A model generated the notes under the pieces. The model was not told where the DNA came from, did not search any database, and saw only the letters and a list, made by a program, of their open reading frames with translations. 64,000 nt of DNA, from the NCBI RefSeq assembly GCF_006345805.1, contig NC_043008.1:34038001-34102000 (forward strand). Direction: 5' to 3'. How positions within the stretch are numbered: position 1 is the stretch's first letter; every line of letters begins with the position of its first letter. Origin of the DNA: Octopus sinensis (Eukaryota). The position numbers were made by a program, and so were the translations under genes. Of this stretch, positions 39,690 through 52,897 are shown piece by piece.

Positions 39690-40630
39690 GAGAGAGGAGA
39701 GAGAGTGTGAGTGTGTATATGGGTGAATGTGAAGAGAGAGTGTGGGCTGTGTGTGTGTGTGTGTGTGCCAAAAGGACGTTATTTTTGCATACCTTTCTTA
39801 ATTCCAAAAGAAAGAAATGTAGTGAAGTTGTAATATGTTAACAGCAAAAGGTCTCTGCATTATAATGAGAAACTGAAAGAGAAAGCTAATGCCTTATTCT
39901 ACACACGCATGAAACATGGGACGAAAGTGAAAGTGACCTTAAAATTGTAAGACACATCATTTCTGGGGTTCTCAGCGTCCCCTTCTCTCCCGCTTTCCTC
40001 CCCTCTTTGTGCCGGCTTTCTTTCACTTTCACCTATACAAGATACATAGGGTATGATGCATCAGCGTCCGTCTCTCACCCGCCATCCGTCTTTCAACTTC
40101 TCCTTTAGAAACTTGTTTTCTGTCTCTGTTTTTTTCCGTTGTTTCTCTATCTTTTGTCTCATTCTGCGTTCCACTCAGTCATTCCGTTATAATTACTGTA
40201 TTTGATGGCCTATAAGAAGCACCATTATTACCCAAAAATGGCTTTAAAAAATCCCCTTTCAGCCAATGCACTAAATGTAAGCTCAAAAGTCACTCAAAAC
40301 GGTATGTATGTTTATAAAACGTGTGCTGGCATGTATTGATGAACGATCGCCTAAGGTATGTTTATATCGAATGTGGGAACAGTAAATTGCTTATAATTAC
40401 CGGTAATAACATAAAGTTATACAGGTAAATAGAGGAATTAAAACATTATTTTAGTGGTAATTTACTTCACAAAAGTATAGCCTAGACTAGGGTGTGTCCT
40501 TTGCAGTCGTGCGTCTAATAGATCATCAAATACGGTAATTACTTTATGCTTTGAAGAGAGCAGAGATTGAAAGAAAAGGGAAAGCGAAAAGGGGACAGAA
40601 AGCAGAAAGTGAAAGATATATGTGTGTACA

Positions 40631-40664
<34 letters not shown>

Positions 40665-41070
40665 AAGAGAGATAGAGAGATAGAGTGAGTGAAGGTGTGT
40701 ATCGTGATGATGGATGTCTTTTAAGGTAAACACTTATATAGAAAATGTGACGTCATCGTCGTCTTATAAAATGTTTATGATAGTTCACTTATGGAAAAGA
40801 TTATGATCTTAAAATTTTGTAATACAATTATGTCAATTAAAATTAAGTTTAATTGGTAGCGGAAATAGTACTGAACCTTTTGATACCCATACGTCAAAAT
40901 CGGCAACTCGGTTTTGGAATGCATAAGGTACATACGCTGGCGGGCGCACACATACAAACACACACATACACACACACACCTCTCTCTCTCTTTTTAGATA
41001 GATATACACATGTATATATAATATATGTATATATATATCTATATATATATATATATATATATATAATTAT

Positions 41071-41105
<35 letters not shown>

Positions 41106-41390
41106 TTACATATATATAAACCTATATATGTACATCTATACATATACATCCATATATTCATATATATACATACATTTATATGTATACATATTACACATAT
41201 ATGCATGCATACATATATTTATACATATATATACATAGATGTATATATATATATATATATATACATATATATATTACATAGATAAATATCTATACATACA
41301 TTATATATATATAAATATGTATACATACATATATAAACATATATATCTATACATACGCATGTATATCTATCTATCTATCTATCTATCTAC

Positions 41391-41437
<47 letters not shown>

Positions 41438-41463
41438 CTCTCTCTCTCTCTCTCTCCTCTCTC

Positions 41464-41503
<40 letters not shown>

Positions 41504-42238
41504 AATATAGTAAAATGTGAAAGATTTATCCACTCGATTTTTTTAATGCCCAGCTCATGTTAGAGAACCAACTATTCCATATACTTATATGACAGTACCC
41601 AGAACATAATGACTGATTCAGAAGAAAATACATCAGCATCAGTTCTTGGTATGTATTTCTTTGATTTTTAGTGTATATGGAATGCTAGTTCCGCCTTCTA
41701 TAAACTTCTTCATCCATCTCTCCATTCTGTCCATATACATCCATCAGGCCATACATAGGATAGGACTTGTTTAGTTCAACCTTCTGATAATATTGTATGT
41801 TTCCCTTTTTTATTCTTTCACTAATCTCTCTGTGAATTGTGTCATCGCTGTCAACAACCTGTAGCTGTCTCAGCCTGCAGCCCCTCTTTGTCAAGAACTC
41901 AGTAACAGTACACTATTTCTCCTTGAAACCTATTATTTGTTTACAATGAAGAAGAAGAATCCTTTCTATTATAGATACAATGCCTGAGATTTTGGGGGAG
42001 GGGGCTAGTTGATTTCATTGATTCCAGAGCTGGTACTTATTTCATTGACCAAAAAAGACAAAGTCAACTCATGCAGCATTTAAACTCAGAACATAAGATG
42101 GACAAAATGCTGCTGAGTATTTTGTCCATCCAGCTAACAATCCTTCCAGTTTGCTGCCTTAATGAAGAGGAATAATACAAGGAAGAAGCATTACTATGGA
42201 AGTGTTATTGTACCAACATATACAATTTGAATGACCTA

Positions 42239-43528
42239 CGAGGGGCGTTCAATAAGTAATGACCCCTGACCCCACTTCCCATAGCAGTAGAGCAACGAAA
42301 AACTTGGCACAGTAATTTGTCTTTTTCTATAGGAACCACCCAGAGTTACGCATTTCTCCCATCGTTTGATGCGGCTCTGGAGACCGTTTTTGTAGAAGAA
42401 CCCAGCTTGGTCCTCCAACCTCAACGTGACTTCAGAAATCAAGGCTGCATCATCTGGGAAACGTTTTCCTTTCAAAAACAACTTCATGATGATTGGAAGA
42501 GGTGAAAATCAGAGGGTGCATGGTCAGGAAAGTAGGGGGGATGGGGAGGAGTTCATAGCCATACGCCTGTGCTTCTGATCTGGCGACAAGCGAGTTGTGG
42601 ACCGGAGCGTTGTCCTGCAGGAGGAGGATGCCTTGCTGATCTTGCCCGCCTCTTGATTTTGATAACTTCTCTTAATTTCCTCAAAAGTGAAGCATAATAG
42701 GCTCCTGCAATTGTGGTACCCTTTGCCAGGAAATCTGTCATCACTACTCCGTCCTGGTCTCAGAAGACTGTGAGCATGACCTTGACAGCGGAGGGCTGCA
42801 CCCTTGCCTTCTTTGGAGGGGGTGAGTCACAGTGCTTCCACTGCATTGACTGGGCTTTGGTCTCTGGATCATCGTGATGGACCCAGGTTTCATCCTGTGT
42901 AATCAGTCTTTTGAAAAATTTTGACTCATCTTCTTGGCACATCTCCAAATTCACCCTCGAGCACTCGACGCGTTCTTGCTTCTGGAAAGGCGTGAGCAAC
43001 CTGGGAATCCATCTGGCAGACACCTTTTGCATATGCAAATGGTCATGAATGATAGTTTCCACAGACCCGGTACTAATCTTGACCTCATGGGCTATTTGGC
43101 GAATAATTATGCGTATCTTCCAAAATGGCAGCCTCAACTTGACGAACAGATGCCTCATCAATGGCAGGAGGGGTCGACCAGATCTGGGAGCTGTTTCCAC
43201 AGAGTTCCGACCATGTTTGAATTCACGATGCCCAGTTTTTACAAGGTCATATGATGGGCATCATCACCATAAGTTTACTTTCATTTCATCAAAAGTCTCC
43301 CGTGGTGTGCGTCCTTTCAAATACAAAAACGGATCACTGCTCGACACTCAACAGGCTCCATTTCACACTTGACTCGGTTCAAACACCTGTAAATCATAAA
43401 CCACAATTAATTCAGAGCTGTAATTTGCCACTTACTCTATAGAGATATAAATGATTGCACATGCAAAATTTCAGCTAGATCAAACAACTGCAAGTGAGTC
43501 AGAGGCATTACTTATTGAACGTCCCTCG
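42239..43528 (-). mobile_element. Full-length (1290 bp) mariner, irritans/Hsmar2-like, with a frameshifted transposase
   Basis: TIR CGAGGG(G)CGTTCAATAAGTAATG, TA TSD on both sides; MEPVECRAVI start at 43361, WIPRLL, DETW, QDNAP, FPDHAPSD. Confidence 0.93.
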
Positions 43529-43559
43529 TATGTCAGTTACTTAAAAAGTTACGCCTACT

Positions 43560-43894
43560 TTTGCTTTATTTTAGTTAGTTAGAGTTAGGGTTAGGGTCGG
43601 GGGAAGGGTATCTTTTTTTCTTCGCAAATGTAAATAAACCCAATCTGTTTTAATCGAGGGACATATTCATACAGCACGGAATGTTGTTTACCTAAATGGA
43701 GGTCAGCGATTGGTTAAAATTGCCGAAATGCTTGAAATAAAGTGGAAAATATGTTACGACATATAGAATTTCTCAATAAACCAAGAAAAAATGATGTTTA
43801 TATAAACACATTCTACCAGTATACGAAGTTTAAAAGTGTTTAGTTAACTAGAAATTGTGTGACATGTGCTGCTGTTGCCAAAAGGAAAAGATCC
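43560..43894 (-). mobile_element. Arm of the GGATCTTTTCC/TTAGGG MITE family; further copies at 46463-46552(+) and 60986-61510(+)
   Basis: Shared gttaactaa..aaacttcgtatactggtagaatgtgt block; 61290-61510 is internally palindromic with ttaggg-like repeats. Confidence 0.8.
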
Positions 43895-43897
43895 AGT

Positions 43898-43994
43898 AGA
43901 TGTTTGTAAGCCATTCAACAACGCGCACACACACACACACACACACACACCAACACACCACACACACACACCACACACACACACACACACACAA

Positions 43995-44031
<37 letters not shown>

Positions 44032-44230
44032 GAAAGAGAAACGGTTGGTTCACTGCAACATTTAAATCTCATTTCAATCTCGATATTTTTGTCGGTTGAA
44101 ACCGAGATTTGTTCACTGATGAAACAGAAGCAGCGCGACACAAACTAAAGTCAGATTAGACACAAACGAAAGTTAAATTTTGCAGGGCAAGTAACGGCTT
44201 TTGTTGTTCTGGAATTGCTTACAAACATCT
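43898..44230. mobile_element. Small MITE with 14-bp TIRs; partial inverted copy at 46555-46762
   Basis: agatgtttgtaagc...gcttacaaacatct. Confidence 0.6.
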
Positions 44231-45104
44231 TACACGCTGCAAATGCTTTAAAATATTCAACCTTACCTGCCCCTATTTACTAAACTTTCCACTTTTTCAT
44301 TTTTAAATTCTTTATACAGACAATTCAAGTTATTAAAATAAATTCTCTTTAACATGCCTTTAAATTATGTTATAGAAATAATTATAACCTGAAATATATA
44401 TATATATATATATAGGAATATAATATATATTGTATATATAAGGAATATATATATATATATATATAATATATATATATATATAATAATATATATATATATA
44501 TGTATGTATATGTGTATGTATATGTATGTATAGAGCAGACCTCTTTCAAACTGAAAGTATTATCTCACATTACAATAGAGACGTAATACTGAAATAGTGG
44601 GCGAGGAGATTGCTCTGGGCTCGCAATAGGCATGAAGTTGGAAAATTTTGGGGCTCTTGACACTGCATGGACCTTGGCTTGAAGCCTGTTACTTTAAGTA
44701 TTTTTTTTGTGTTTATGTATATATTGTATATATAAGCCAATGGGGGACCCCCACATGGCAGGTAGACGTAGCTAGACCTGGTAGAAATAGTAGCCAAGTC
44801 TCCCTCAAACACACCCTACTGTCATAATCCGACATTCTGCCTATTATTTAGTTTAAATGATAGACTGTAACTAAAGAATAAGATTATTAACGCCAAACAT
44901 TTTAAGCGTTTAAATAGCAATAACATTTTTTGCTCTTACTTAAAATGGTTGCCTTTTAACTCGTAGTTTTTCATGTCAGCTCTAAAGGTGAAGAGGGTTA
45001 ATTTGGCGCTGTTATGTAGTGGAGATGTTCGGTGATTGTATGTGGTTGTTACTTTTCACTGGTTCTCTGAATAAGGATAATTGATTGATGACAAATCTTA
45101 CACA

Positions 45105-45135
<31 letters not shown>

Positions 45136-45277
45136 CAACTTCAGTGGTGGAATCGGACATCATAAGAGAGACAGAGAGAGTAAAGAAGAGAGACAGCATA
45201 GCGACAGTTCTGGCTGATTGTCATCCTGCACTTCCTTGGTGCTAGCAAATGCTATGTGCCATATATATATATATATG

Positions 45278-45342
<65 letters not shown>

Positions 45343-45486
45343 TCATTTTATAACCTAAATTTATCTTTTGAGAACCTGAATTGCTCATACTGGTGTAATA
45401 TAAGCATCCATTTATTGATTTAATATTAATTAGTGTATGTGATACACCATATAGTATATGTTTTTGATCATTAACTGCTTAGAAGA

Positions 45487-45616
45487 ATGGAGAAAATACT
45501 GATCAATTCATCAATGAAGGATGTACCTATCCCTACCAAGGACCATTACACTAAAGAACTAATTTATAGAATGAATGAATTCATCCACAGGATCAGATGA
45601 GGATTTTTCCACCATG
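45487..45616 (+). mobile_element. Start of a Penelope-like ORF, running into the gap
   Basis: MEKILINSSMKDVPIPTKDHYTKELIYRMNEFIHRIR*GFF matches the S.KNIPIP..Y...LI....FI.R.RW pattern of PLE N-termini. Confidence 0.65.
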
Positions 45617-45716
45617 NNNNNNNNNNNNNNNNNNNNNNNNNNNNNNNNNNNNNNNNNNNNNNNNNNNNNNNNNNNNNNNNNNNNNNNNNNNNNNNNNNNN
45701 NNNNNNNNNNNNNNNN
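45617..45716. other. Assembly gap (100 N)
   Basis: Run of N. Confidence 1.
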
Positions 45717-46235
45717 CATAATAATATAAATAATAAAATCAATATAAATCAATAAACATAATGATGTTCTATATTGAATGTTACCAGTTCCTCAACTAAT
45801 ATTAAGAAATTACAACGTAGAGAACATAGATATATCATACTTAATGCAGACATATATAGTAAACAGTGCATTATATTAATTTGTGTTACTTTACAAAAAG
45901 TCGATAATGTTAATACCAATACCGTTATCAATAACAATAATGTTATCAATATCAATATTCTTACTACTAATATCATCATTACTAATAAAACAATACATAT
46001 ATCACACAATTAACAATATAGTAGCAACACTGAAGACCAATACATACCACCATAGTATTATTCAAGGCAAATAGATATCTGCATATATATGGTAAAATAA
46101 TTTTACCTTTGCCCACCTAATACAGTAAATGAATTAATTGCATCGCAATTCTTATGTATTAGCTTTGTTGGGTACTCTAGCAGTATATTGGATATATGTT
46201 ACCCCCATGGAGGGTTGAATTTACAACCCCTATCT

Positions 46236-46296
<61 letters not shown>

Positions 46297-46329
46297 TATG
46301 TATATATATACACATACACATATACATAC

Positions 46330-46403
<74 letters not shown>

Positions 46404-46700
46404 TCCTTATATATACATATATACATATATTCCAGGTTATAATTATTTCTATAACATAATTTGGATCTTTTCCTTTTGAACGGCAGACAATTTCTAGTTA
46501 ACTAAACATTTTAAAACTTCGTATACTGGTAGAATGTGTCAAAATAAAACATTTAACTTTCGTTTGTGTCTAATCTAACTTTCGTTTGTGTCTTGCTGCA
46601 TGTGTTTTATCAGAGAACAAGTCTCGGTTTCAAAACCACAAAAATATCGAGATTGAAATGAGATTTAAATGTTGCAGTGAACCAACCGTTTCTCTTTGTG

Positions 46701-46738
<38 letters not shown>

Positions 46739-47295
46739 CTTGAATGCTTACAAACATCTACTCTTCAACTTGTTTTACACCAATTACACTATTTCTTTTC
46801 TTTTTTTTTTCTGACTCGGGTCAAACACTAGTTTACAGGCCATGGTTTGACGATGTGAATTTTCCGAGTCCTCTCCCCCACTCCCCTTTCGCGAGCGCGC
46901 ATTTTTTTCTCATATTCGTTTTGGGCCAGTGGTTTTACACCTATTACACTAATCATGCTGGTGAAATGATCAATGGGGTTGAGGTGAAATTTCCGAGGTT
47001 TCCATCTCACCCCAGCCTGTTTTCCGAACCCCTAAATAGGTTTTTATAGCATATTAGGAGGTCACCGGAATTCAATCAACGAAAAAATAAAAGAAATTCT
47101 AATGATTCCGAATATGGGGGAGGGGATTCGCTTCCCCCACTTTTTCCCGAACATAAATAAGGAGTTTGCAGCATATAGAAGGTCAGGTACTTGATTTCAC
47201 GCAAAAAATCCTTTTTTTCTTTTCTCAGTGAAAATCGTGCAGGTGAAAGGATCAAATTTTACCATATATATATATATATATATATATATATCATA

Positions 47296-47391
<96 letters not shown>

Positions 47392-47396
47392 AATGT

Positions 47397-47733
47397 GAAC
47401 GCTCATGACTCAGTGGTTAGAGCGTCGAGCTTACGATCGAGAGGTTGTGAGCTCGAATCCCGGACCGGGCTGCGTGTTCTCGAGCAAGGCACTTTATTTC
47501 ACGTGCTCCAGTTCACTCAGCTGTAGAAATGAGTTGCGACGTCACTGGTGCCAAGCTGTATCGACCTTTGTCTTTCCCTTGGATAACACTGGTGGCGTGG
47601 AGAGGGGAGGCTGGTATGCATGGGCGACTGCTGGCCTTCCATAAACAACCTTGCCCGGACTTGTATCTAGGAAGGTAACTTTCTAGGTGCAATCCCATGG
47701 TTATTCATGACCGAAGGGGGTCTTTTACCCCTT
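47397..47733 (+). mobile_element. Third tRNA-derived SINE (CORE/Meta-like body), apparently full length
   Basis: A box tcagtggttagagc, B box ctcgaatccc, gagcaaggcacttt core; flanked by (TA)n. Confidence 0.7.
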
Positions 47734-47753
47734 TATCTATAATATATATATAT

Positions 47754-47789
<36 letters not shown>

Positions 47790-48270
47790 CTGGCTGAAGG
47801 TGACCCGCTCTACGCGCGGGTAAGAGTGTGGTTGTACTTTCTGTTGCTTCCTTTCAGCACGTAAAAACACCAACCGATCGTGGCCGCTGCCAGCCCCCCT
47901 GGTACCTGTGCCGGCGGCACGAAAAATGCACCCACTACACTCACAGAATGGTTGGCGTTTGGAAGGTCACCCACCTGTAGAAACACTGCCAGATCAGACT
48001 GGAGCCAGGTGCAGCCTCCTGGCTTCACAGAGCCCGGTCAAACTGTTCAACCCGTGCTAGCACGGAAAACGGACATTAAACGATGATGATGATGATGATT
48101 CTCCCTCTTTGTTTCTCTCTCACTTTCCCACTCTCTTACTTTTCTTTCTCTCGGACTCTCCCTCGCTTTCTCTTACACTCTATCTTTATTTATCTCTCTC
48201 CCATTTATAAACAACAAAAGATCTTAAGTAAGTTGAGAAATAAAATATTTAGAAAGATGGAAATAAACAG
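47790..48270 (-). mobile_element. Helitron-type 3' end carrying an RTE tail (segment P); longer copy P' at 58988-60170
   Basis: On -: cccgc-gcgtaga-gcggg hairpin then a degenerate CTAG next to (TA)n; same RTE insertion and same CT-rich continuation in both copies. Confidence 0.65.
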
Positions 48271-48384
48271 TCTCTGACTGCTATTTCTATTTCTTTCGGT
48301 ATGCGGCAAAGCAACCTGTTGCCTGCCCTTTTACTTATACTACCATATATATATACATACATATATATTATATATATATATGCA

Positions 48385-48451
<67 letters not shown>

Positions 48452-48477
48452 TATATATATATATATGTATGTATATA

Positions 48478-48521
<44 letters not shown>

Positions 48522-48527
<6 letters not shown>

Positions 48528-49825
48528 AATATTACATTTCTAAATATCTCAAAGAGATATAAGCAGTGGTGGTACGATAGAGCAGTTGTATACTGTCAAC
48601 GTGACAGTCCCATGAAGTTGACAGTATACAACTGCTCTATATATGTGTGTGAGTGTCTGTATGTTTATATGTATGAACATATGCCACACACACATCTATA
48701 ATATAATATATATATATATATTAAGGTATGTAGAAAAATACAACATGGACAAGAACGTATAACTCTTAGAAGCGATACAATAAACATGGACAGACATTCG
48801 AAACCCTCAGTCTTCAGTCAAGAACCGGATCATCGTAGTAATTTCGGCTGATTAATCTTGAGATTACTAGATCACGGCCAGCCCTCCAGAAAAACTAAGC
48901 AACGAGCATTAGAAAACTAAGCTGGGAGCGTAGATTTCCTGGAGAAGGATCAATGCATACGAACACCGGTACAGCAAAAGGGACGAATATAAAAGGCAAA
49001 AAACAATAATGGAATACAGAAACATGAAATACAGAAGCATTAACGGTGAAAACAACAAGTGTCTTACGACTGATAACAAGCAAACAAATTTTCTCTGGCG
49101 CATTTTGGAAAGGAGCCTTATCGGCGATGCCTTGGCGGCGGACGAAAAACAACGATGTTAACACGTCGCTGGTGGGAAGCTGAGAGGCAGATTTCGGCCA
49201 GCGTCACGTGACAGAGGAGAGAAAAGAAAAGAAAGAGAGAAGCAAAGGAAGGAAGAGAGAGAGAGAAGAGAGAGAGAGAGAGGGACAAACGCACAACAAG
49301 GGGAGAGAAGAGAGAGAAAGAAGGAATCAGAGAGGAGAAGGGATGGGTGTCGAAGTTGACCTGTGAGTGCAAAGCGAGACAAAGAAATGGAAGGGTAGGG
49401 GAAGAGTAGAAGACCCAAGAATCAGAGGAAAGAGAAGAGAAAAAGAGGATGAGTAGAGAGAAAAGAGAGAGAAGGGGACAGATCAAGTAAAGTGAGAGAG
49501 AGAGAGACAAACAGAGAGTCGTACCAATTTTTAAGAATATGTGCTCACATTAATGTTAGAGGGTACGTAGCGCCTGGAATATATATTAAGGTATGTAAAA
49601 AATACAACATGGACAAGAACGTATAACTCTTAGAAGACGATACATAAACACGGACAGGACATTCGAAACCCTCAGTCTTCAGTCAAGATGTAATATATAT
49701 AATATATATATATATATATTATATATATATATACCGATCATACGTATCTATCTATCTATCTATCAATAAGTGTTTGAGCATATATGCTGATATGCATATA
49801 AATATGCTTATGTATATATGTGGGC

Positions 49826-49856
<31 letters not shown>

Positions 49857-51205
49857 TGTATGCATGTATGTATGTATGTGTGTATGTATGTATGTATAAG
49901 CCTAACTAAGAATATGAGAGCCCAATTGTTTTGGGGCAATTCTTTTGCTAAAGAAATCACTCAGAATTTACAGGAACACGGAGAAGATAAGGTACTCCTT
50001 GATAAAGATGACCATTTAAATACATCTCTTATTAGTACATCAGTTTCATCATTCAATGAACTTATTAGCAAGAGTGTTTCCAAATTTTCAGAACCATCAG
50101 CAAAATCACAAGTATTTACGTGAAAGGGCTAGACTTGCATTGAGAAATACCACTGTCAATAACATAAATAGTAAGTTAGTGTATCGTATTTCAGGAAATA
50201 TACAGGTATGTAAAACCATATATATCTATAGATTTAGTTTCAGATCCTGCAGAGGCTGTCAAATATTTCGTTGAATTCTTAAATACTTTAGAACATTCTA
50301 CGCTTCCACTATTCTGGCTTCGGTTGGTGTTTAACAATTTAATGCTTCATATTATTGAGGTTGCAATTTAGACCGGTTGTTCGATGGGAGAAGATGTTTT
50401 TATATCCCTCTCTTTCACTCTTTCTCTCTCTCTCTCTCTTTCTCTCTTACTCTCTCTCTCTCTAACACAGAGACTCTTTTTCTTTTTCTTTCTCTCTCTC
50501 TTCTCTCTATCTCCTTTCTTACTCTCTCTTTAACACAGACTCTTTTTCACTCTCTATCTTCTATCTTTCTCTCCCTCTCTTCTATCTCCCTCTCTCTTCT
50601 CTCTCTCTCTCACTCTCTCTCCCTCTCTCTCACGCACACATATACACACGCTCACTCACTCACTCACAGTTATTTCACAAAACATGTTCAAACCGGAATT
50701 ATCCGGAAACAACCGAATTTTCCGTTCTTCCAGTTATAGCAGACGATAACTTTCTAAGCTAAGCTATCGTCTGCCAATTGATTTGAGTCATATCAGTTGG
50801 TTCCTGCACTCTCAACGAAGGAGACGTTTCATGTCAGCATTGAAGGTAAAGTTCCTTATTAACTTCATTGAAAAATATTCATTGCATCTTTATAAAACTG
50901 TAATTAGCCAGTCATCTATCATAAAGTAAGAAAAGACAGCATTCTAAAGAGGAAACTGGTATTGTTCAATCGCTTATCAGTCTTTGGTGTTGATATTTGG
51001 AGATGAGAATTTCTGTTCTGTTAGCGAAGACATCTAGATTGAAGTGAATGTAGAATATCTTATTAAATTCGTTTAAAAATGTGAAAGAAAATTAAATTAT
51101 TTCTTAAAAAGTGTCTTTCAGGTCACTCCTGCACTTCTCTATATTTCTTCTCTCCTTATGTCTAGCTTTGATTCACATGCATACACGCGTGGGTACAGTT
51201 ATTGC
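48522..51205 (+). repeat. Local duplication unit Q; second copy Q' at 51828-52897 plus 58333-58935; contains a Helitron helicase fragment
   Basis: Colinear near-identity; LTKNMRAQL..FPNFQN..YLRERARLALRNTTVNNINSKL at about 49890-50220 and 52200-52520. Confidence 0.88.
48715..49690 (-). mobile_element. Non-autonomous Penelope-like insertion with direct terminal repeats of about 100 bp, present only in copy Q
   Basis: ttaaggtatgta..aaccctcagtcttcagtcaaga at 48721-48822 and about 49586-49687; absent from Q'. Confidence 0.65.
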
Positions 51206-51252
51206 TATACACACACACACACACACACATACACACACACACACACACACAC

Positions 51253-51309
<57 letters not shown>

Positions 51310-51318
<9 letters not shown>

Positions 51319-51819
51319 TGTAGTTGTGTGATTGTCTGTCTCCTACGATTTAGATTCCTAACTCCTCCCACATTTTGCGGTGCAGTTTAACCAAATTCGG
51401 GTATCTTATAGTCGTGATTAATATCGAGCCCGTCTGGCTATTAGCGCGCGTCTACGATGAGTCTACAATTTAAAAAATAATTTAACATCATTTTTTATTC
51501 CATTTTAATCCATATTTTTTCGTGTGTCGATGGCGGCGGAGTTGGCGTCCACGCTCAAACACCTGCACCTGTGTTTGCTTCTCCCCCTTCTTCCCTCCCT
51601 CGTGAAGCTGTGGGGAAGGGAGTTTAAGGAAATCAACGTCGTAAAGCGTTATCAAGGAGACCAGCGTTCTTTTAGAACAACGACTTCATGGTTTGAAGAC
51701 ACCAAAACAGAAATGGCTAAGAAAGCCTGAATTGGCATCTATAAAGGAAGTAACTCTCTAAAAATGCTTATATAGTTATTTCCCTTACAAACCCGAGCAA
51801 GGCCGGGCGATACTGCTAG
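51310..51819 (+). mobile_element. Complete short non-autonomous Helitron
   Basis: Starts in (TA)n, ends with the cccgagcaaggccggg hairpin and CTAG|T at 51816-51820. Confidence 0.85.
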
Positions 51820-52021
51820 TATATATATAGAAATATTACATTTCTAAATATCGCAAAGAGATATAAGCAGTGGTGGTACGATAGAGCAGTTGTATACTGT
51901 CAACGTGACAGTCCCATGAAGTTGACAGTATACAACTGCTCTATATATGTGTGTGTGTGTGTGTGTTTATATGTATGAACATATGCACACACACGTCTAT
52001 GTCTATATATAACTATCATAG

Positions 52022-52081
<60 letters not shown>

Positions 52082-52849
52082 AATAAGTGTTTGAGCATAT
52101 ATGCTTATATGCATATAAATATGCTTATGTATATATGTGGGCATATGTATGTATGCATGTATGTATGTATGTATGTATGTATGTATGTATGTATGTATAA
52201 GCCTAACTAAGAATATGAGAGCCCAATTGTTTTGGGGCAATTATTTTGCTAAAGAAATTACTCAGAATTTACAGGAAGACGGAGAAGATAAGGTACTCCT
52301 TGATAAAGATGACCATTTAGATACATCTCTTATTAGTACATCAGTTTCATCATTCGATGAACTTATTAGCAAGAGTGTTTCCAAATTTTCAGAACCACCA
52401 GCAAAATCACAAGTATTTACGTGAAAGGGCTAGACTTGCATTGAGAAATACCACTGTCAATAACATAAATAGTAAGTTAGTGTATCGTATTTCAGGAAAT
52501 ATACAGGTATGTAAAACCATATATATCTATAGATTTAGTTCTAGATCCTGCAGAGGCTGTCAAATATTTCGTTGAATTCTTAAATTCTTTTGAACATTCT
52601 GCGCCTCCACTATTCTAGCTTCGGTTGGTGTTTAACAATTTAATGCTTCATATTATTGAAGCTACATTTTAGACCGGTTTTTCGATGGGAGATGTTTTTA
52701 TATCTCTCTCTTTCACTCTTTCTCTCTCTCCCTCTCCTTTCTTTCTCTCTCTTTCTCTTTTACTCTCTCTCTCTCTAACACAGGGACTCTTTTTCTCTAT
52801 CTATCTCTCTCTCTCTTTCTTCTTCTCTATCACTTCTATCTCCCTCTCT

Positions 52850-52895
<46 letters not shown>

Positions 52896-52897
52896 CT

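Noticed and set aside
41596-41648. AG..GTATGT segment as a possible next exon
   Set aside because: Weak pyrimidine tract; phase 1 gives VPRT* followed by a donor; unsupported
45483-45554. Apparent terminal exon KNGENTDQFINEGCTYPYQGPLH* for the PLAT gene
   Set aside because: Another frame is a clear Penelope ORF N-terminus, and its phase 0 does not fit the phase-1 end of exon 32091-32184
47397-47470. tRNA-like sequences here and at 2414 and 2990
   Set aside because: They are SINE heads with A/B boxes followed by SINE bodies, not complete cloverleaves
49655-49690. CTGAAGA..GAA on the - strand of the Penelope-type terminal repeat as a hammerhead
   Set aside because: No closing pair for stem II, and GAAT instead of GAAA
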